NCBI RefSeq assembly: GCF_000195755.1
Contig: NC_002937.3
Coordinates: forward strand, 390,001-422,000
Direction of reading: 5' to 3'
Length of the DNA: 32,000 nucleotides
Source of the DNA: Nitratidesulfovibrio vulgaris str. Hildenborough
Lineage (GTDB): Bacteria > Desulfobacterota > Desulfovibrionia > Desulfovibrionales > Desulfovibrionaceae
Shown here: in pieces, positions 17,342 through 25,086 of the stretch
How positions within the stretch are numbered: the stretch's first letter is position 1
Layout of the letters: every line of letters starts with the position of its first letter
Made by a program: the position numbers and the translations under genes
Notes under the pieces: model-generated
The model's database searches: none
Told to the model about the DNA's origin: nothing
The model's input: only the letters and a program-made list of their open reading frames with translations

Positions 17342-18085
17342 ATGGAACAGGGCTTCGATGCACTCGATTTCACGAGACTTGAACTGATGCGTAACGCCGA
17401 AGTGACAAGACTTGCCGAAGCGGACTATCTCGAACGCGAAATCCTTCCCGGACTCGGGCTGAACGGGGAGAAGCTGCACCAGTTTCCTGCCCATCTGCAC
17501 ACCTTCTGCGGGCAAGGGTTGCGTTCGTGGCAATACCCCAATCAATTCGGGCGATACCTTGCCACCATCGCACGTTTTCCAGTGCAGACCTATGTCGAGA
17601 TAGGCGTGCGGCATGGCGGGACGTTCGTGGTGACGCTCGAATACCTGCGCCGTTTCAATCCCCTTGTGCGAGGGCTTGGCATCGACATCTTCAGGTCGCC
17701 CGCCCTCGAAGCCTACCGCGAGCACAATCCCAGGGCCGCCTTCCTGCAAGTGGACAGCCGTAGCGAACGTTTCCGGCGTCTTGTGGACGACTATCCGGTC
17801 ATAGACCTCGCCTTCATCGACGGAGACCACTCGTTCGATGCCGTGCGGAGTGATTTCGCCCTTCTCCATGGCAAGGCACGGCTCATCGGCTTTCACGACA
17901 TCGTCAACGACGATGCGCCGGGTTGTCCGGAGGCATGGCAGAGCATCCGGTTCGAACATGCCCGCGACTATGTCTTCATGGAGTTCACGGAACAGTACTT
18001 CGATACGGTGCGCCATAACGGCATGACGTTCCTTGGCATCGGCCTCGCCATCAGACGCGACACGCTTCCCGCCGCGCGGGCATGA
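17342..18085 (+). CDS. Class I SAM-dependent methyltransferase (Methyltransf_24 / CmcI-like fold)
   Basis: The start is taken at ATG 17342 (MEQGFD), with a GGAG 5 nt upstream. Motifs: YVEIGVRHGGTFVVTLEYL, LAFIDGDHSFDAVRSDF, LIGFHDI. Confidence 0.6.
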   Translation: MEQGFDALDFTRLELMRNAEVTRLAEADYLEREILPGLGLNGEKLHQFPAHLHTFCGQGLRSWQYPNQFGRYLATIARFPVQTYVEIGVRHGGTFVVTLEYLRRFNPLVRGLGIDIFRSPALEAYREHNPRAAFLQVDSRSERFRRLVDDYPVIDLAFIDGDHSFDAVRSDFALLHGKARLIGFHDIVNDDAPGCPEAWQSIRFEHARDYVFMEFTEQYFDTVRHNGMTFLGIGLAIRRDTLPAARA

Positions 18086-18367
18086 CCGCGCAACGCGCCG
18101 GAAGTGCAGGGTGATAGATACAGTCGATGCACAGGGTCTCTCCGTATCATGGCAAACGATTGGTCTTCGGGCTTTTGCTGTCCTACCTGTGTGCTTGTCT
18201 CGGATGTCGTGCGAACCGCATCTGTTCCGCTTCTGCCCGGCTGATGAGACAGGGAGCCTCGCTTTCGCCGAAGTCTCCCGACAGTACCGGTACGAAATCC
18301 CGGCATCCGGCGGTTTGCAGCCGTGTCGCAGATGCCGTGAGGACATGCATCACCAAGGAGACAGGTC

Positions 18368-18694
18368 ATGATCAATGTCAGCGAAACCGCGCTCAAGGAA
18401 CTTGAGGCCTATTTCACCGATCACGAACGCGAACCCATCCGGGTCTACCTCGCCCCCGGCGGTTGTTCCGGGCCGCGCCTTGCGCTCGCCCTCGACAAGC
18501 CGGGCGATGACGACCTCACCGCAGATGTCGCCGGGTTCACCTTCTGCATCAACAAGGCCCTGTTCGAGAAGGTGGGCAAGGTGTCCATCGATATGGGCGG
18601 TATGGGCTTCTCCATCGCCACCGAGATTCCCCTGCCAGCCCCTGCGGGCGGTGGTTGTTCCGGTTGCGGCAGTTCCAGCAGCTGCTGCGGGTAA
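18368..18694 (+). CDS. HesB/IscA-like Fe-S cluster carrier-type protein with Cys/Ser/Gly-rich C-terminus
   Basis: 108 aa with an AAGGAG RBS. Motifs: INVSETALKELEAYF and RVYLAPGGCSGPRLALALD (the IscA GCSG cysteine). The C-terminal tail is GGGCSGCGSSSSCCG, where the usual CGC motif sits. Confidence 0.75.
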   Translation: MINVSETALKELEAYFTDHEREPIRVYLAPGGCSGPRLALALDKPGDDDLTADVAGFTFCINKALFEKVGKVSIDMGGMGFSIATEIPLPAPAGGGCSGCGSSSSCCG

Positions 18695-18752
18695 CATCGC
18701 CTGCCTGCGTGCCATGGCGGATACGTCCGTTGCGGCGCATCTACGGAATCAG

Positions 18753-18781
18753 CGCCCGGTGGCTTTGCCGCCGGGCGTTTC
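18753..18781 (+). terminator. Intrinsic terminator after the HesB-like gene
   Basis: Stem CGCCCGGTGGC / GCCGCCGGGCG (11 bp including one G-U), loop TTT, followed by TTTC. Confidence 0.6.
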
Positions 18782-18888
18782 GCGTATGCGTGGCCCCTGT
18801 TGTTGCACTGCCGGTCTGCAACGGCTTCGTTCGCGACGTCCCCGTCTGTGGCTTCTCGGCCATGGCTTTCCTGCACGGCCTTCTCCCG

Positions 18889-18900
18889 CCCCCCCCCCCC
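18889..18900. repeat. Homopolymeric C12 tract in intergenic DNA
   Basis: Read directly: ...ttctcccg cccccccccccc gcttgc... Confidence 0.9.
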
Positions 18901-19086
18901 GCTTGCAGCCTCCCAGCCCACCACGCGTCAGGGCCTGTGACCTGTGCGGGGGATGCAAGGCCCCCGCAGCCACAGGTTTCATCATGCACGCAGGCACTTC
19001 AGTCCGGCTGCTTCAGGGGACCACTAGGCGACCCCATGCCCTCGCGACAAGTGTATAGATTGGTTGCACAATCTTGAACTTTACGC

Positions 19087-19115
19087 TTGACCTCATGAAT
19101 TGAGGGGCCTATGAG
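19087..19115 (+). promoter_or_regulatory. Candidate sigma-70 promoter of the ilv leader/ilvBN operon
   Basis: TTGACC (19087-19092), a 17-nt spacer, then TATGAG (19110-19115), about 40 nt upstream of the leader ATG. Confidence 0.4.
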
Positions 19116-19152
19116 CAAAGGGTAATCAATCTGTCACGAGGTAGATACCCCC

Positions 19153-19257
19153 ATGCGTACCACCACTACGACCCGGCAGCCCGCTTGCTTCGGCAAGGCC
19201 TTCGGCCTAGCTGCCCTCGTAGTATGCGTAGTACGCGTAGTACGCATCGCGTCGTGA
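19153..19257 (+). CDS. ilvBN leader peptide (34 aa, ivbL-like), rich in Val and Thr
   Basis: My translation is [39 protein letters not shown] lies about 11 nt upstream. All six Val codons are GTA, which is visibly rare in the neighbouring GC-rich genes. It sits immediately upstream of a terminator and ilvB. It is too short for the ORF track. Confidence 0.6.
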   Translation: MRTTTTTRQPACFGKAFGLAALVVCVVRVVRIAS

Positions 19258-19287
19258 CGGGGCCCAGCTAGCAGCAAGCAACAGCAA

Positions 19288-19317
19288 CCCCCGCCGGCGC
19301 GTGTCGGCGGGGGTTTT
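19288..19317 (+). terminator. Attenuator (intrinsic terminator) between the leader peptide and ilvB
   Basis: 9-bp all-GC stem CCCCCGCCG / CGGCGGGGG, loop GCGCGTGT, then TTTT. It lies 74 nt upstream of the ilvB ATG. Confidence 0.75.
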
Positions 19318-19390
19318 CGCATCCAGCGAAAGCACAGGTTCAGAGCACCCTCGCCGGAACGGCCGGTGGACAGACCGCAGGAGGTCGTCC

Positions 19391-21082
19391 ATGTACCGTA
19401 TGTCTGGCGCGGAGCTCGTCATCCGCCTGCTCGAACGACAGGGGATAGACTGCATTTCGGGCATTCCCGGCGGGGCCAACCTGCCCCTCTACGACGCACT
19501 GTCGCACAGCAAGCGCATCCGCCATGTGCTGGCCCGTCATGAACAGGGCGCGGGCTTCATCGCGCAGGGCATGGCCCGTTCCACCGGCAGGCCTGCCGTC
19601 TTCTTCGCCACCTCCGGCCCCGGGGCCACCAACACCCTCACCGCCATCGCAGACGCCAAGCTCGACTCCGTGCCGGTCATCTGCATCACGGGGCAGGTGC
19701 CACGCAGCATGATAGGCAGCGACGCCTTTCAGGAAGTGGACATCTACGGCATGAGCATTCCGGTGACCAAGCACAACTTCCTCGTGCGTTCGGTCGAAGA
19801 CCTCCTCACCGTCATCCCCGAGGCGTTCCGCATCGCCACATCGGGCCGTCCCGGCCCGGTTCTCGTGGACATCCCCAAGGATGTGCAGACCGCTGAAGTC
19901 GCCTTCGAGGCGTGGCCCGAAACGGGGGGACCCGACCCCGCCGAGGCCCCGGACATGGAAGGGCTCGCCCGTGCGGCACGTATGCTGGCAGAGGCCGAGC
20001 GTCCCATCCTGTTCATCGGCGGTGGCGTCGTCGCCTCGGGGGCGGGGGAGGTTGCGCGCGTGTTCGCCGAACGCACGGGCCTGCCCACAGCCATGTCGTT
20101 GCTGGGGCTTGGCACCCTGCCGCCCGAACATCCGCTCACGCTCGGGATGCTGGGTATGCACGGGGCACGTTGCACCAACATGCTGCTTGAAGAGTGTGAC
20201 CTGCTCATGGTGGTGGGGGCCCGTTTCGACGACCGCGCCACGGGCCGCATCGAACAGTTCTGTCCGCACGCGTCCATCATCCATGTGGATATCGACCCCA
20301 GCGAAATCGACAAGCTTCGCACGGCCCATGTCGCCATCACCGGGGATGCCGGTCGAGTGCTCGAAGCGTTGCTGCCCATGCTGGAACCCGTCGACAGGAA
20401 GGCATGGCACGGGCATGTGGCCCGCATGAAGGCGGCGCATCCATTGCTCACTCCCGGCGCGGACGACCCTCGCACGCCCTATGGACTTGTGACCTGCACC
20501 GCCGCCTGTCTCGACGATTCGGCCATCATCGCCACCGACGTGGGGCAGCACCAGATGCGTACGGCACAGGCCTACCCCTTGCGGCGTACGCGCCAGTGGC
20601 TCACCTCCGGCGGGCTGGGTACCATGGGGTTCGGTCTGCCAGCAGCCATCGGCGCGGCCCTCGCCAACCCGGAGCGTACGGTGGTGTGCTTCACGGGCGA
20701 CGGCAGCCTTCAGATGAACATCCAGGAACTCGCCACCGCCGCCGAGACGGGGGCCAATGTGAAGATCGTGCTGGCGAACAACAACGCCCTCGGCCTTGTG
20801 CAGCAACAGCAGGATCTTTTCTACGGCAGGCGCATCTTCGCGTCCGACTTCACGCACCGTATCGACTTCGTGCGCATCGCCGAGGGGTTCGGGGTGCCTG
20901 CGGTGGACCTCGGGCGGAGTGCCGACCCCAAGCGTGACCTCGCCCGCGCCCTGCGCGCCAAGGGGCCGTGCCTCATCCATGTCCCCGTGGCCGTCGAGGA
21001 GAACGTCTACCCCATGGTCCCGCCCGGAGCAGCCAACACCGAGATGATAGGAGGAGAAGCCCATGCGCCTGCCCACGCCTGA
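19391..21082 (+). CDS. ilvB: Acetolactate synthase (AHAS) large subunit, biosynthetic type
   Basis: The start at ATG 19391 is preceded by AGGAGG. Motifs: [46 protein letters not shown], and the ThDP motif [15 protein letters not shown]...[12 protein letters not shown]. Confidence 0.95.
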   Translation: MYRMSGAELVIRLLERQGIDCISGIPGGANLPLYDALSHSKRIRHVLARHEQGAGFIAQGMARSTGRPAVFFATSGPGATNTLTAIADAKLDSVPVICITGQVPRSMIGSDAFQEVDIYGMSIPVTKHNFLVRSVEDLLTVIPEAFRIATSGRPGPVLVDIPKDVQTAEVAFEAWPETGGPDPAEAPDMEGLARAARMLAEAERPILFIGGGVVASGAGEVARVFAERTGLPTAMSLLGLGTLPPEHPLTLGMLGMHGARCTNMLLEECDLLMVVGARFDDRATGRIEQFCPHASIIHVDIDPSEIDKLRTAHVAITGDAGRVLEALLPMLEPVDRKAWHGHVARMKAAHPLLTPGADDPRTPYGLVTCTAACLDDSAIIATDVGQHQMRTAQAYPLRRTRQWLTSGGLGTMGFGLPAAIGAALANPERTVVCFTGDGSLQMNIQELATAAETGANVKIVLANNNALGLVQQQQDLFYGRRIFASDFTHRIDFVRIAEGFGVPAVDLGRSADPKRDLARALRAKGPCLIHVPVAVEENVYPMVPPGAANTEMIGGEAHAPAHA

Positions 21083-21410
21083 TGACATGAACGGAGCCGC
21101 ACCCGCCGCAGGGGGCCTCATCGCCCTGCGGCTCACGGTGAACAATCACCCCGGCGTCATGACGCACATATGCGGTCTCTTCGCGCGCCGTGCCTTCAAC
21201 GTCGAGGGCATCCTGTGCATGCCCGTCGGCGAGGGGACGAGCCGCATCTGGCTGCTGGTGAACGAGGACGAGCGCCTCGAACAGATGATCCGTCAGGTGC
21301 GCAAGCTTCAGGACGTGCTGGAAGTGCTGCCCTTCCCGGCGGACATGAGCGCGTTCACCCGCCTTGAGGACAGCATGAAGGTATGGGAGAGCGGCGGCTG
21401 CCGCCTGTGA
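21063..21410 (+). CDS. ilvN: Acetolactate synthase small (regulatory, ACT-domain) subunit, short IlvN type
   Basis: [58 protein letters not shown] is nearly colinear with E. coli IlvN ([33 protein letters not shown]...IWLLVNDDQRLEQMISQI). It overlaps the ilvB end by 20 nt and has a GGAGGAG RBS. Confidence 0.9.
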   Translation: MRLPTPDDMNGAAPAAGGLIALRLTVNNHPGVMTHICGLFARRAFNVEGILCMPVGEGTSRIWLLVNEDERLEQMIRQVRKLQDVLEVLPFPADMSAFTRLEDSMKVWESGGCRL

Positions 21411-21425
21411 CGACGGCAGAGCGTG

Positions 21426-21456
21426 GCGCGGCGGTTCCCGTTGCGGGCCGCCGCGC
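21426..21456. terminator. GC-rich hairpin between convergent ilvN and pabC; candidate bidirectional terminator without a U-tract
   Basis: GCGCGGCGG / CCGCCGCGC (9 bp) plus an inner CCCG / CGGG stem with loop TTG. Confidence 0.45.
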
Positions 21457-21460
21457 GCGG

Positions 21461-22240
21461 TCAGTCGTGCAGTCCCAGCAACAGCGGGCGCAGGCGGGCG
21501 CAGGGGGCCGCGTCCACATCGTAGGCATGGGTCCCGATGGCCCTGACAGGCAGCATGCCCACGAGGGCGTTGAGCATGTAGGCATGCCGGAACGAGAAGA
21601 GTTCCGCCACACGGATGGTACAGTCGTGTACGGGCAGCACGGTGCGTGCCGCGTCGAGTGTCGTGCTGCGTAGCCGCGTGAGCCCTGCCGGGGCGCAGAA
21701 GTTGGTGCCGTCGCTGAAGAGCAGGGCGGCGGTGGTGGTCTCGAGGACGATGTTGCCGGGCAGTGTCACCACCACGTCGTCGTACCCGTCGCGCAGGGCG
21801 GCGCGGCGTTCCAGCCAGTTGCCGAGATAGTTCATGGACTTGTGCATCCCGAGCGGTGACTGGGCCGGTTGCGAGGCCAGCCGTAACGTACGGGTGGCGT
21901 CGGGACGCGGCGGTGTCCACGGGGCTGCCAGCACAAGGGGCGAGGCTGCGGCATCGGCATCTTCGATGGGGACGAGGATGTTGATGCGGGCGGTGGTGTC
22001 GCGCAGTCCGCAGGCTTCGACCACGTGCGCGATGACAGCCGGGTAGTCGCAGGGCTGATAGTCCACCGAGAAGCGGGCGAGGCTGCCTTCGAGTCTGGCG
22101 ATGTGGGCATCGAGCAGCCACGGTTCGGCACCGTTCCAGAGCAGGGTCTCGAAGAACCCGGCCCCGTAGCGGAAGGCCGGACTGTCCACGCCGAGGGTGA
22201 CGCCGCCTTCGTGCAGTGCGCCCTTGTACCAGTATGTCAT
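21461..22240 (-). CDS. pabC: Class IV aminotransferase-fold protein, probable 4-amino-4-deoxychorismate lyase
   Basis: 259 aa. Motifs: FRYGAGFFETL, HKSMNYLGNW (PLP-lysine context), IVLETTTAALLF. It overlaps the pabB stop by 4 nt. Confidence 0.7.
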   Translation of the reverse strand: MTYWYKGALHEGGVTLGVDSPAFRYGAGFFETLLWNGAEPWLLDAHIARLEGSLARFSVDYQPCDYPAVIAHVVEACGLRDTTARINILVPIEDADAAASPLVLAAPWTPPRPDATRTLRLASQPAQSPLGMHKSMNYLGNWLERRAALRDGYDDVVVTLPGNIVLETTTAALLFSDGTNFCAPAGLTRLRSTTLDAARTVLPVHDCTIRVAELFSFRHAYMLNALVGMLPVRAIGTHAYDVDAAPCARLRPLLLGLHD

Positions 22241-23808
22241 GCCGTCTCCTTCCTGAATGCCGACGTCTTGTCGACGGTCTCGCGGTATTCGCCCTCGGGG
22301 TCGGAATCGACGGTGAGCCCGCTGCCTGCGTACAGATGCAGGAGGCCTGTCGTCGTGTCGTACATGGCTGTGCGAATGGCTATGGAACTGTCCATGTCAC
22401 GGGGGCCCGCCACGGCGACGAGACTGCCGCAGTAGACGTCGCGCGGGTGGGGTTCGATGCGTTCGATGAGGCTCATGGTACGCGGTTTGGGGCAGCCCGT
22501 CACCGAACCGCCGGGGAAGGCGTGACGCAGAAGGTCGAGGCAGGTCGTCCCGTCGCGCAGGGTTCCCGTCACGTCGCTGCACATCTGTATGAGGGGCCCG
22601 ACGGCGAAGGTGGCGCAGTGCCGCGGCACGCGCACACTGTCGTAGGCGCATGTGGCGGAGATGTCGTTGCGCAGCAGGTCGACCACCATCGAGAGTTCGG
22701 CGTGTTCCTTGGGGTCGGCCCGCAGGGCGGCTTCGAGGCGTGCCCGTTCTCCGGGCGAGGTGGTCGCCGGGTCGAAGCTGCGCGTTCCCTTGATGGGCTG
22801 GGCCAGTACCTCACCCCCCCCCACACGCAGGAATCGTTCGGGCGAGAGGGAGAGTATGCGATGGCGTCCCGCATGCAGATAGGCGGCAAAAGGGGTGGGG
22901 CGTTGCTGCCACAGGCGCAACAGGAAGGCCGCAGCGTCCATGCCGGGGCGGCGGGCGGTGAAGCGTGAGGTGAGGTTCAGCTGGTAGGTGTCGCCCCTGC
23001 GGATGGCAGCCAGCACCTGCCGTACCCCATCCGGGTAGGTCGTGGCATCCAGCGACGGGACAAGTTCGTCCAGTGCGAGGGCGAGGTCGTCGCCCGGCGC
23101 GGTGCCGTCTCGCGGCGCCGCGGACAAGCCCCTGCCTTCCCCGTGGTTCCTGACGTCCCCGTAGGGATTGTCGCCCCCATCTCCCCCGCTTCCCTTGCCG
23201 GTCGCTGCTGCCCGGGGTGCTCCCTGCTTCTCCTGTCGCATCGCCGTACCAGCCTCGCGGTGTTCTTCCGTCAGTGTCTCCGTAAGCGTATGGGCGCGTT
23301 CTTCCGTGCGTAGCGCATCAAGCAGGCGACGCAGCATGGGCAGCCTGCGTTGTCCCGTTGCCGAGACCTCGGCTTCAAGGTCGCCGCCATGCGGATACCA
23401 GCGCAGTAGGCAGTGGTAGCGGCGTAGCACGCCGTATCCCGACTCGGCAGGCTTTGCGGAGGCGATGCCGTGCAGCGCCATGCCCCACCCGTAGGAAAGC
23501 CAGCCAAAGGCGAGGCGTGGCACGTCGGAGGCGATGCGCACCTGTTGCGTGCCGTCGCCGAAGCAGAAGGCATGGAGGTCTGTGAGGTCTCCGTCGGGCG
23601 GAGGCGATATCTCGCCAGCCACGTCGAATCCCACAAGGCAGCATGGACGGGCGGGCGACGTCGCATCGGATGCCGTCCAGCCGGGGGGCATCCCGCCGCC
23701 GTCGGGGGCAGGGTGACACAGCAGCATGTCCGCCCCTTCGCGTGCCAGCGCGAGGGCGAGACGGGCGAAGGTGGCACTGTCAACGCAGTCGGAGAGTATG
23801 CAGCGCAT
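22237..23808 (-). CDS. pabB: Aminodeoxychorismate synthase component I (chorismate-binding enzyme family)
   Basis: The C-terminal two-thirds carry GDTYQLNLT, LSLSPERFL, PIKGTR, AELSMVVDLLRND, FPGGSVTGCPKPRTMSLIERIEPHPRDVYCGS and SIAIRT. An insert of about 60 aa is low-complexity (QEKQGAPRAAATGKGSGGDGGDNPYGDVRNHGEGRG...). The pab rather than trp assignment rests on the adjacent class IV lyase. Confidence 0.8.
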   Translation of the reverse strand: MRCILSDCVDSATFARLALALAREGADMLLCHPAPDGGGMPPGWTASDATSPARPCCLVGFDVAGEISPPPDGDLTDLHAFCFGDGTQQVRIASDVPRLAFGWLSYGWGMALHGIASAKPAESGYGVLRRYHCLLRWYPHGGDLEAEVSATGQRRLPMLRRLLDALRTEERAHTLTETLTEEHREAGTAMRQEKQGAPRAAATGKGSGGDGGDNPYGDVRNHGEGRGLSAAPRDGTAPGDDLALALDELVPSLDATTYPDGVRQVLAAIRRGDTYQLNLTSRFTARRPGMDAAAFLLRLWQQRPTPFAAYLHAGRHRILSLSPERFLRVGGGEVLAQPIKGTRSFDPATTSPGERARLEAALRADPKEHAELSMVVDLLRNDISATCAYDSVRVPRHCATFAVGPLIQMCSDVTGTLRDGTTCLDLLRHAFPGGSVTGCPKPRTMSLIERIEPHPRDVYCGSLVAVAGPRDMDSSIAIRTAMYDTTTGLLHLYAGSGLTVDSDPEGEYRETVDKTSAFRKETA

Positions 23809-24334
23809 GATGGATGAGCGTCACGCCGTCAGGCGTGAGGAACGATTCGGGGTGGAACTGATAGCCCATGAGGGGCCGCGACTCGTGCCGCAGGGCCATG
23901 ACCAGCCCTGCCGGGGTGCGGGCGCATACCCGCAGTCCCTCGCCGGGCGTCACCACATGCAGCGAGTGGTAGCGTGCCACGGTGAAGGTTCGTCCGTCGT
24001 CGAAGAGGGCGGTATCGGTCTTGCCGTGGACGCAGCCGTCGAGGGGCGCGGTGACCCCGCCGAAGTGCATGTTGAGTATCTGCATCCCGAGGCAGATGCC
24101 CAGCACGGGGACGCGACTGTCGATGACGCGCCCGTAGCCGGGATATTCCTCCGGCGCACCGGGGCCCGGAGAGATGACCACAAGGTCGTGGGCCTCCGGT
24201 TGCATTTCGGGCAGCCGGTCATGGCGCAACACCACGGGGGGCGTTCCCGTGGCCCGCGCCAGCAGGTGCTCGAGGTTGCACGTGAAGCTGTCGCGGTTGT
24301 CGACAAGCAGGGTACGCAGCGGTCGGGGCGTCAT
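23780..24334 (-). CDS. pabA: Glutamine amidotransferase component II (PabA/TrpG type)
   Basis: The start is taken at MTPRPLRTLLVDNRDSFTCNL (ATG 24334, an ATGA overlap with the upstream stop). Motifs: VISPGPGAP, PVLGICLGMQ (catalytic Cys), YQFHPES. Confidence 0.85.
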   Translation of the reverse strand: MTPRPLRTLLVDNRDSFTCNLEHLLARATGTPPVVLRHDRLPEMQPEAHDLVVISPGPGAPEEYPGYGRVIDSRVPVLGICLGMQILNMHFGGVTAPLDGCVHGKTDTALFDDGRTFTVARYHSLHVVTPGEGLRVCARTPAGLVMALRHESRPLMGYQFHPESFLTPDGVTLIHHALHTLRLR

Positions 24335-25086
24335 GCGAGGGCGGGGTCTATCCATATGATGCTGGCTTGCCTGCCCGTGACCCTTTCGCGGCGATACGAG
24401 AAGAACGTGTCGGCCAGTGTGCCCGTGCACAGGTCGAGGGCGTGGATGCGTTCGGGCGCAAGTCCCGCCTGCGCCAGTTGGTGCCGGGTGAGCGTCCACA
24501 GGTCCATGGTGCGTTCGCGGGTGCGAAACCAGCGGGCGAAGTCGTCGCCCCATTCACTGTCGAAGTTGACGAACTCCGCGGCGGCGGGGCCGAGACTGGG
24601 GCCGCGCACCGCCAGCAGGTCGCGGGGCGCAAGGCCGTAACGGTCGCAGAAGGCGCGCACGCCGCTGGCGGGGAAGTCGATGCGGTTGCCGCGCCAGCCC
24701 ACATGCAGGGCGGCGATGTAGCGGCCGCTTTCATGGGCGATGAGCACGGGCTGGCAGTCCGCCGTCTTGATGACGAGGCCGAGGCCGGGGCGCGACGTGG
24801 CAAGGCCGTCAGCCTCCGTCTGCGGCGGTGTCGCAAGGTCGAGGGGGGCGGGGTCGAAGACCATGACGTCGCCGTGCACCTGACGGCATTCGGCCCAGCC
24901 GTCCAGCCCCAGCGACGATGAAAGCTCACGCCGGTTGGCGATGGCAGCCTCCGGGGCGTCGCCCACTTCGAGGGAGATGTTGCCGCCTCCCCACGGGTCT
25001 TGCGAGGCCCCGCCACACCGCGTGTGGAAGGCGCAACGGACGGCTGGCACGCCGGGAAAGGCGAAAGGTATCCACGTCATAGCCAT
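24331..25086 (-). CDS. pgeF: YfiH/PgeF family (DUF152, laccase-domain, peptidoglycan editing factor-like) protein
   Basis: The start MAMTWIPF follows a GGAGGG RBS. Conserved motifs: TADCQPVLI, ALHVGWRG, DLCTGTLADTFFSYRRE. Confidence 0.8.
   Translation of the reverse strand: MAMTWIPFAFPGVPAVRCAFHTRCGGASQDPWGGGNISLEVGDAPEAAIANRRELSSSLGLDGWAECRQVHGDVMVFDPAPLDLATPPQTEADGLATSRPGLGLVIKTADCQPVLIAHESGRYIAALHVGWRGNRIDFPASGVRAFCDRYGLAPRDLLAVRGPSLGPAAAEFVNFDSEWGDDFARWFRTRERTMDLWTLTRHQLAQAGLAPERIHALDLCTGTLADTFFSYRRERVTGRQASIIWIDPALA

Noticed and set aside
18368-18694. Idea that the HesB-like gene might be a selenoprotein with a recoded TGA.
   Set aside because: The ORF is uninterrupted, and the position expected for Sec carries an ordinary Cys codon (GGCSG). 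There is no in-frame TGA and I see no SECIS-like hairpin.
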